From Bacteroidota bacterium (GTDB lineage: Bacteria > Bacteroidota > Bacteroidia > NS11-12g > UBA9320), in the NCBI GenBank assembly GCA_018700895.1, contig JABIUV010000025.1, positions 56,075 through 120,074 of the forward strand: a stretch of 64,000 bases of DNA, in the 5' to 3' direction. The translations under genes were made by a program, and so were the position numbers. How positions within the stretch are numbered: position 1 is the first letter of the stretch; each line of letters begins with the position of its first letter. The notes under the pieces were generated by a model, which saw only the letters and a list, made by a program, of their open reading frames with translations, made no database searches and had not been told where the DNA came from. Positions 57,937 to 64,000 of the stretch are shown in pieces.

Positions 57937-59946
57937 TTAGGCTATGATACTTCCTGCGGCAGTGGCATCTCCCGGAGCTACAAACTTGAGCTTGCCATCA
58001 GCATCCTCAGCCATGAGTATCATTCCACTGCTTTCTATTCCTTTGAGCTTACGCGGAGCTAAATTGGCTAAGTAAGTTACTTGTTTACCTACAATTTCTT
58101 CTGGAGAAAAATGTTCAGCAATACCACTAACTACTGTACGTTTTTCTGACCCAATATCGAGTGTAATATTCAATAGACGGTCGGCCTTTTTTACCTTGGT
58201 AGCCGCCACAATCGTTCCTACGCGAATGTCCAGCTTTACGAAATCCTCGTATTGTATCGTTGGTTTTACTTCGGGCAGGTCTGCCGTTGCTATTTCGGAG
58301 GAATCAGCAATTGTCGCCTTTTTAATAGGCTTTACTAGCTTAGCAACTTGTGCGGCAATCAGCTCATCTTCTATTTTCTCAAAAAGCAAAACAGGCTTAT
58401 TAATCACATGTCCTTCTGCGATTGGATCTTGATAGCTACTAAGGTTTAATAACTGAAGTACTTTGATAGCCGTTTCTGGTAAAAATATCTGTGAATATTC
58501 TCCTATTTGCTTCACTATCTGAATACACGTAAATAGACAATCAGCTACCGCTTGAGCATTAGTCTCATCTTTGATGAGTTTCCATGGTTCTGTATCCTGT
58601 AAATATTTATTACCATTACGGGCTATTTCCATAAATGCCTCAAGTCCCTGTCGCTGATTGAATTGGTCCAATGCTGCTTTTAATTTGTCCGTAACATCAG
58701 GCAATGAAGTATTCATCGTGCCATTTGGCACCTTGCCCTCATAATATTTGTTAGTGAGTACCACTACTCTATTCACAAAGTTGCCTAGGATGGCCACTAG
58801 CTCATTATTTACTTTAGCTTGGTAATCTGCCCATGTGAAATCTGCATCTTTGGTCTCTGGCAATATAGCGGTAAGTACATAGCGGAGCTCATCCGTTTTG
58901 TTGGGTAAGTCATTGATATACTCGTGTAACCATATGGCGTGATTTCTACTCGTTGATATTTTGTCTCCTTCCAGATTCAAAAACTCATTGGCAGGCACGT
59001 GAGTAGGCAAGTTGTAATCACCGTGAGCGTGCAACATCGCCGGGAATATTATCGTATGAAAAACAATATTGTCCTTTCCTAAGAAATGTGTCATTTCTGT
59101 TTCGGGATCTTGCCACCATTTAGCCCAATCATCTGTGGCCTCTTTGGTAGCAGTAATGTAGCCTATAGGGGCGTCAAACCATACGTACATTACTTTGCCA
59201 TCAGCTCCCTCTACAGGAACTTTCACACCCCAATCAAGGTCTCTAGTCATAGCACGAGGTTTCAGACCTTCTTGTAGCCAGCTATTGCATTGTCCATATA
59301 CATTTGATTTCCATTCATCCTTTTTACTCGCTACCCACTCATTTAAAAATTCTTGTTGAATCTTATCTAAAGGAAGGTACCAATTTTTGGTTTCTTTCAG
59401 TACGGGATTATTTCCTGTTAATGCAGATTTAGGATTAAGCAGGTCTTGCGGTGAGTTATTTCTGTTACACTTTTCACACGGGTCAGCCGTTGCATTTTCA
59501 TTCCCACAGCCTGGGCAGGTTCCTATGATATACTTATCTGCCAAAAACTGGTTGGCTTCGGCATCATACAGTTGCTCGGTCACCTCCTCTACAAAGACTC
59601 CTTTGTCATACAAATTCTTGAAAAATGCGTCTGCAGTGGCGTGATGCAACGCGTTAGTCGTGCGACTGAACGTGTCAAAGTTGATTCCAAAATCTTTGAG
59701 TCCAGTGGCTATTATCGTGTGATTTTCATCTACCACTTGTTGTGGTGTTTTGCCCTCGTTTTTAGCCTTTAGTGTAATGGGCACACCATGTTCATCCGTA
59801 CCACATACAAAAAGCACCTCCTTACCTTGCATGCGTAAGTGTCGGTTGTAAATATCAGAGGGTAAGAAACATCCAGCCAGATGACCAATATGAATTGGGC
59901 CATTAGCATACGGAAGTGCACAAGTGATAAGATGTCTTTTTGCCAT
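57937..59946 (-). CDS. metG: methionine--tRNA ligase
   Basis: HIGH (PIHIGHLAG), KMSKS-type region, zinc knuckle CPGCGNENATADPCEKC, C-terminal tRNA-binding (EMAP-like) domain. 669 aa. Confidence 0.9.
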   Translation of the reverse strand: MAKRHLITCALPYANGPIHIGHLAGCFLPSDIYNRHLRMQGKEVLFVCGTDEHGVPITLKAKNEGKTPQQVVDENHTIIATGLKDFGINFDTFSRTTNALHHATADAFFKNLYDKGVFVEEVTEQLYDAEANQFLADKYIIGTCPGCGNENATADPCEKCNRNNSPQDLLNPKSALTGNNPVLKETKNWYLPLDKIQQEFLNEWVASKKDEWKSNVYGQCNSWLQEGLKPRAMTRDLDWGVKVPVEGADGKVMYVWFDAPIGYITATKEATDDWAKWWQDPETEMTHFLGKDNIVFHTIIFPAMLHAHGDYNLPTHVPANEFLNLEGDKISTSRNHAIWLHEYINDLPNKTDELRYVLTAILPETKDADFTWADYQAKVNNELVAILGNFVNRVVVLTNKYYEGKVPNGTMNTSLPDVTDKLKAALDQFNQRQGLEAFMEIARNGNKYLQDTEPWKLIKDETNAQAVADCLFTCIQIVKQIGEYSQIFLPETAIKVLQLLNLSSYQDPIAEGHVINKPVLLFEKIEDELIAAQVAKLVKPIKKATIADSSEIATADLPEVKPTIQYEDFVKLDIRVGTIVAATKVKKADRLLNITLDIGSEKRTVVSGIAEHFSPEEIVGKQVTYLANLAPRKLKGIESSGMILMAEDADGKLKFVAPGDATAAGSIIA

Positions 59947-59979
59947 TACGGCAAAGGTAAGACGTGAAGTTGTTTTATA

Positions 59980-61539
59980 CTATTGGTTTACCACTATAAA
60001 CTTTCGTATCGAGCCGCATGCATTTAACCTAAGGTAGTACAATCCCGCGGCGAGTTTTAGCGTAAACTGAGTATTTAGCTCCTCGATATTCAAATCGCGA
60101 TAGACTAACCTGCCATCTGAGCTTATGACATCTACCTTTGTTCCAACAAAGGCGGTCGATGTATTTACCAACCCAAAATTGCCAATATTCACACTTGGTA
60201 CTATCGCCCAACTATTACAAGATTCACTATATGTATAGAATGGAGGAAAAACTTTGGCGGTATCATTGTAACCCAAGGAGAAAGAGTAATATTCAGCTGC
60301 TGTTGAGCCGTAAACCTGACCTAATACTCCTGACGTAGACGATAACAAATAAGACCCACCTTGCAAAGAGGTACTCAGATAAAATAGATCACTGTCGGGT
60401 ATTGGTTTAAAACCATCAACAACGACACTATTCATTATCACACTAGATGGTTCTTTGGTGATAAAGGTTATGGCGTGAGTGAGTATCGTAAATGCTACAT
60501 CCTTTTTGGTCCTGAACCCACTTTTATTCACCATGGAGCTTACCGGCTGATTGATAATCATAGCTGGTCCATCTTTGCCACGTATACCACTACCTACGTG
60601 ATATTGTGCACTGAAAATGGGCTTATTGCTTCTCACCATAAGAGGTGTGCTAACAGCCACTTCTATAGATTCATTTTGGTTGAGTTTCACTGCATTTGCA
60701 CCTACATCTATCTGGGTTCCATCTTCTGATGCGAGTAAAATAATATACGTTCTACTCGCAACACCAAGGTCGGGCACGATGGCATACAACGTGTCGGCAA
60801 AAGTGGTTGGAGGCATTGCCATATAGATATGACTATCGTCTCCGTCGCGAAGTGCTGCTTGCCGAGCACCCGAAAACACAGCAATTGGTTTGTCCCCATT
60901 GACTATTGTACCCGTAAGATCGTCTATCGACTGAAATTGATACGTTTGGCCTCTGTTGAGTATAAAACTAAACTCACCTTTTGTTCCACACGGAGATTGA
61001 CATACATTCACCTCTGTATTATCTGCTGTGGCGACAACAAGTAAGGCGGAAGGGGAAGCATCCATGGCATCTTCAGCCGCAATAATCACGTGATTTAAAC
61101 CCAAACTCTTGTAAGGAAAAAGACGCGTAGTAGCGGAGAAAAATATTCTGTTGTGAATAGCCACTACTTCTATTGGTAAGGTAGTTTGAATATGAATAGC
61201 TAAATCGGAAATTACTCCAGAACCACTAGGCTCGAAATTAAATGATGGCAGCGTGAGCTTCTTGATCTCATTAGCCTTGAGTGAAAATGTAAATGAATAA
61301 TTCCGCCCCGGTACTTCTAATGTCACATCTGTAGCACCTGCTATGGCAAATAACTGAATCGCATATTCAGGCGTACCATTGATACCCTGACTTAGGCTTT
61401 GCATATAGCCAAACCAAAACTCTTTACCTGAACTTTGAAGATTTTGCCCTTGGGCAAATACACAGCACCTTAATAAAAGACATACACATAAAAAAGATCT
61501 AAATATAGAGATTAACATAAGGGTATAAATTTCAAACAA
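59980..61539 (-). CDS. T9SS cargo protein with IgGFc-binding-protein-like N-terminal domain, hypothetical
   Basis: Signal peptide then GKEFWFGYMQ start typical of the IgGFc_binding N-domain family. C-terminal VDVISSDGRLVYRDLNIEELNTQFTLKLAAGLYYLRLNACGSIRKFIVVNQ resembles a T9SS type A sorting domain. Confidence 0.5.
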   Translation of the reverse strand: MFEIYTLMLISIFRSFLCVCLLLRCCVFAQGQNLQSSGKEFWFGYMQSLSQGINGTPEYAIQLFAIAGATDVTLEVPGRNYSFTFSLKANEIKKLTLPSFNFEPSGSGVISDLAIHIQTTLPIEVVAIHNRIFFSATTRLFPYKSLGLNHVIIAAEDAMDASPSALLVVATADNTEVNVCQSPCGTKGEFSFILNRGQTYQFQSIDDLTGTIVNGDKPIAVFSGARQAALRDGDDSHIYMAMPPTTFADTLYAIVPDLGVASRTYIILLASEDGTQIDVGANAVKLNQNESIEVAVSTPLMVRSNKPIFSAQYHVGSGIRGKDGPAMIINQPVSSMVNKSGFRTKKDVAFTILTHAITFITKEPSSVIMNSVVVDGFKPIPDSDLFYLSTSLQGGSYLLSSTSGVLGQVYGSTAAEYYSFSLGYNDTAKVFPPFYTYSESCNSWAIVPSVNIGNFGLVNTSTAFVGTKVDVISSDGRLVYRDLNIEELNTQFTLKLAAGLYYLRLNACGSIRKFIVVNQ

Positions 61540-61542
61540 CTC

Positions 61543-62448
61543 TCATAAACCTTTGGTTTTATTATTCAGTAGTTTGGTCAGAATGGGATGCAATAACACT
61601 GCTCCCAAAATAATAGTAGTCCCAAAATAAAAATCAAAATTGAGATCCTTGTCCTCATTGAGCAACCAAATAGCTAAGAGAATACCATATACGGGCTCTA
61701 GGTTTATACTTAGATTGGATATAAATGCCGAAATGACCTTTAGAGCATCAAGAGACAAAGCGAATGCTAAACTAGTACACAACAAACCGAGTACAATTAG
61801 CCACCACCAATCATCACCCTCGGGAAACCACTGTGGCTGGGGCAATACATATTGCAACACCGGATAACAGACAGATATGAATAAAAATCCAGACGCTAGT
61901 TCGATGGTGCTTACCGATAGGGTATTTTGACCCGAGATGTATTTTTTATTCAACGTAGAAAAAAGTGATGCAAGAAAAGCAGAAACAACACCAATAACAA
62001 TAGCCCAATAATACGTCTCTCCCACTCCGCTCAAAAAATAAATACCTACGATAACCAATAACCCAAGAAGCAGTTCGATCCACTGAAACTTAGATTTGGT
62101 GATGAGCGGTTCAAGTATAGAAGTAAATAAAGACGATGTCGCCAAACAAGCTAGCGTGACCGATGCACTGTTACCCACTTTTATACTCCCATAAAATGTA
62201 AGCCAGTGTAATGCCACTAAAATTCCTATGCCAGCAAACTTTATAAAATTTGTCTTGCTAATATTTCGAATACCGGCTAACACTCCAGGTATAAAAATGA
62301 GCCCTAATACGGCTATCCATAGCCTATTCCAAACTAATGCAGTCTGTTCTAGCGTTATCAGTTTACCGAGAATAGCGGTAAATCCAAAGAGAAAAACAGC
62401 CAAATGGAGTTGTAGGTACGCTTTTTGTTTGTTATTGGGTGTTGCCAA
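61543..62448 (-). CDS. EamA/DMT-family transporter
   Basis: Ten TM helices in two EamA-like halves. 301 aa. Confidence 0.65.
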   Translation of the reverse strand: MATPNNKQKAYLQLHLAVFLFGFTAILGKLITLEQTALVWNRLWIAVLGLIFIPGVLAGIRNISKTNFIKFAGIGILVALHWLTFYGSIKVGNSASVTLACLATSSLFTSILEPLITKSKFQWIELLLGLLVIVGIYFLSGVGETYYWAIVIGVVSAFLASLFSTLNKKYISGQNTLSVSTIELASGFLFISVCYPVLQYVLPQPQWFPEGDDWWWLIVLGLLCTSLAFALSLDALKVISAFISNLSINLEPVYGILLAIWLLNEDKDLNFDFYFGTTIILGAVLLHPILTKLLNNKTKGL

Positions 62449-62483
62449 GGTAGCGACAATATTAATTTAAAACTACAAACGAT

Positions 62484-62828
62484 ATGAAGAAATTACTTGG
62501 AACCATAGCTTTACTGAAGGGAGTATTCAGTGCTAAAAAGACAGACCATACCACTACAAGCTGGACAGAGGATATCTCGGATATGGGTAAAATGGCTAAA
62601 GCTGCCTTTTCGGGAAACTTCCGGTTCAAGAAAAGAAACATCCTTATTGCCCTTGCTAGTTTATTCTATGTGCTCAGTCCGCTAGATATTATTCCTGAGG
62701 CGGTATTTGGCCCATTTGGTCTTGCAGATGATACGGCAATACTTGTTTTTGCATACAAAAGAATCACTAGTGAACTAGAAAGATTCAGAAATGAGTCGAA
62801 AATTGAAGAGGCTGAAGTAATTTCGTAA
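62484..62828 (+). CDS. YkvA/DUF1232-family small membrane protein
   Basis: LFYVLSPLDIIPEAVFGPFGLADDTAILVFA is the DUF1232 signature. Confidence 0.6.
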   Translation: MKKLLGTIALLKGVFSAKKTDHTTTSWTEDISDMGKMAKAAFSGNFRFKKRNILIALASLFYVLSPLDIIPEAVFGPFGLADDTAILVFAYKRITSELERFRNESKIEEAEVIS

Positions 62829-62834
62829 GATATT

Positions 62835-63263
62835 ATGGCCGATCAACACAAGCTTAACGAACTATTTGACAAAGATGGAAACCTCATCAGCCCACAACTG
62901 CCTGATGAAATAAAAAACTATCTCATTGATATAGATGGTACTGTAACAGAAGATGTGCCCAACGAAGAACCAGAAAGAATGGAAACTTGCCTTCCTTTTC
63001 CTGATGCCTTAGAAACATTAAACCGTTGGTATGATCACGGACATATTGTTACATTTTTTACATCACGTACGGTGGAGCATAAAGAGGTAACAGAGAAGTG
63101 GCTTGATAAGCACGGATTCAAGTATCACGGGGTGCTGTACGGAAAACCACGTGGTGGTAACTATCATTGGATAGACAATCACATCGTACGAGCTACCAAA
63201 TATAAAGGCAAGTTTACCGACCTAGTTACTCAAACTAAGAAGGTAGAACTATTCGAAGAATAA
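62835..63263 (+). CDS. small HAD-superfamily phosphatase-like protein
   Basis: IDIDGTV (DxDxT/V HAD motif I) near the N-terminus. 142 aa. Confidence 0.45.
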   Translation: MADQHKLNELFDKDGNLISPQLPDEIKNYLIDIDGTVTEDVPNEEPERMETCLPFPDALETLNRWYDHGHIVTFFTSRTVEHKEVTEKWLDKHGFKYHGVLYGKPRGGNYHWIDNHIVRATKYKGKFTDLVTQTKKVELFEE

Positions 63264-63290
63264 AACTCACTAGCACCGTTAAAAAATATA

Positions 63291-63317
63291 AAAGGCAACC
63301 TTTTCGGGTTGCCTTTT
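63291..63317. terminator. bidirectional intrinsic terminator between convergent genes
   Basis: 10-bp perfect stem aaaggcaacc / ggttgccttt, loop ttttcg, flanked by A and T tracts. Confidence 0.6.
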
Positions 63318-63343
63318 CACTTCTATATGTTTTGGAAATTTCT

Positions 63344-63874
63344 TTAGTTCTTCACGTTTAGTATGATTTTTACCTTCACATCATCACTGAGTATAAAGCT
63401 GCTTTCACCCACACCAAAATCTAACCGGTCTAATTTCAATGTGCCGGAGAATGTTCCAGTCTCACCTTTATTGTCAAAGGTAAATGGCATTTTTAGCGAT
63501 TTTTTCTTACCCTTAATAGTCACATCAAAAGTACCCACATAGCCTTTTTCTACTTTGACGATAGATGTAGACTTTAGCGTAATTTTTGGATAATTTGCGA
63601 CGTCAAAGTACTCCGCTTTTCGCAGATGTTCGTCACGCTTATCTATACCTGTATTTACAGTTGATGCTTTTACCGAGGCAAATATGCTCGAATTAGCAAG
63701 ATCGTTCTCATCAAACTTAATGGAAGCCGTAATGCCCGAAAATTCACCATCTACAGTTATACCTGTGTTTTTAATGTAAAACTTTACGGATCCAGTTGTT
63801 GGTTTCCAAGTGGTAGCAGCAATTGCAGCTATGGTCATTAGCCCGAGAGCTAGTGTTATTTTTATATTTTTCAT
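63344..63874 (-). CDS. YceI-family periplasmic protein
   Basis: Signal peptide plus YceI-like beta-barrel pattern (VKFYIKNTGITVDGEF...TGIDKRDEHLRKAEYFDVANYPKITLKS). Confidence 0.75.
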   Translation of the reverse strand: MKNIKITLALGLMTIAAIAATTWKPTTGSVKFYIKNTGITVDGEFSGITASIKFDENDLANSSIFASVKASTVNTGIDKRDEHLRKAEYFDVANYPKITLKSTSIVKVEKGYVGTFDVTIKGKKKSLKMPFTFDNKGETGTFSGTLKLDRLDFGVGESSFILSDDVKVKIILNVKN

Positions 63875-64000
63875 TTTTTACTTAATTATTAAATGGTTTA
63901 TAGTTGATGCCTATCAAACCCATCAATGATTTATATCTAAAACGATCATTATCTGAGTTGTAGGCAATTTTATTGTTTGTAGTATACTCTGTGAATAGAA

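Noticed and set aside
1-64000. CRISPR arrays, IS elements, integrases, phage genes, toxin-antitoxin pairs
   Set aside because: I scanned for regularly spaced direct repeats, transposase or integrase-like ORFs and terminal inverted repeats. I found none. The window appears to be stable core chromosome.

Overview
This 64-kb window reads as a chromosomal, largely core segment of an AT-rich Bacteroidota genome (Flavobacteriia/Cytophagia/Saprospiria-like). Diagnostic content is gldA-gldF-gldG, four type IX secretion (T9SS) C-terminal-domain cargo proteins, glutamine synthetase type III, DUF2723, a PorE-like OmpA lipoprotein and TAnnTTTG -7 promoter boxes. Coding density is high. I can support about 55 CDS, one tRNA-Val(UAC), several clear intrinsic terminators (some bidirectional between convergent genes), and two tentative Bacteroidetes-type promoters.

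Housekeeping genes recognised: hemW, hemD, tyrS, polA, an lpxH-like gene, prfA (RF1), glnN, purM, rlmN, rlmB, metG and the rimP-nusA-infB operon, plus an Hsp20, a Bax-inhibitor-1 family protein, a YceI protein and a non-DnaK Hsp70 paralog. I found no CRISPR array, transposase, integrase, restriction enzyme, reverse transcriptase or other classical defence or mobile-element gene. There is no compact defence island here.

The observations I rank highest:
- **Coupled gld string.** A tightly translationally coupled minus-strand string runs T9SS repeat protein, gldA, gldF, gldG, a PagL-like (HFSN motif) outer-membrane beta-barrel, and a DUF2807 lipoprotein. Further upstream on the same strand, with a 36-nt gap, lies a tyrS / flavin-reductase / membrane-protein / FMN-reductase operon.
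- **PorE-like extension.** The PorE-architecture protein (TPR, beta-propeller, CRD, OmpA) carries an unexplained C-terminal extension of about 200 aa.
- **Codon-optimised lipoprotein.** A lipoprotein with a thioredoxin-like CPPC motif shows strongly optimised codon usage.
- **Attenuator-like rimP leader.** A promoter followed immediately by an intrinsic terminator sits in the leader of rimP-nusA-infB.
- **Frameshifted genes.** Three genes (OsmC-like, spermidine-synthase-like, FkbM-like) are each broken by a single-base frameshift at a homopolymer run. This is either real gene decay or, as likely, homopolymer indel errors in the assembly.

All functional calls rest on my own motif and architecture recognition without database searches. 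They should be confirmed by HMM or BLAST.
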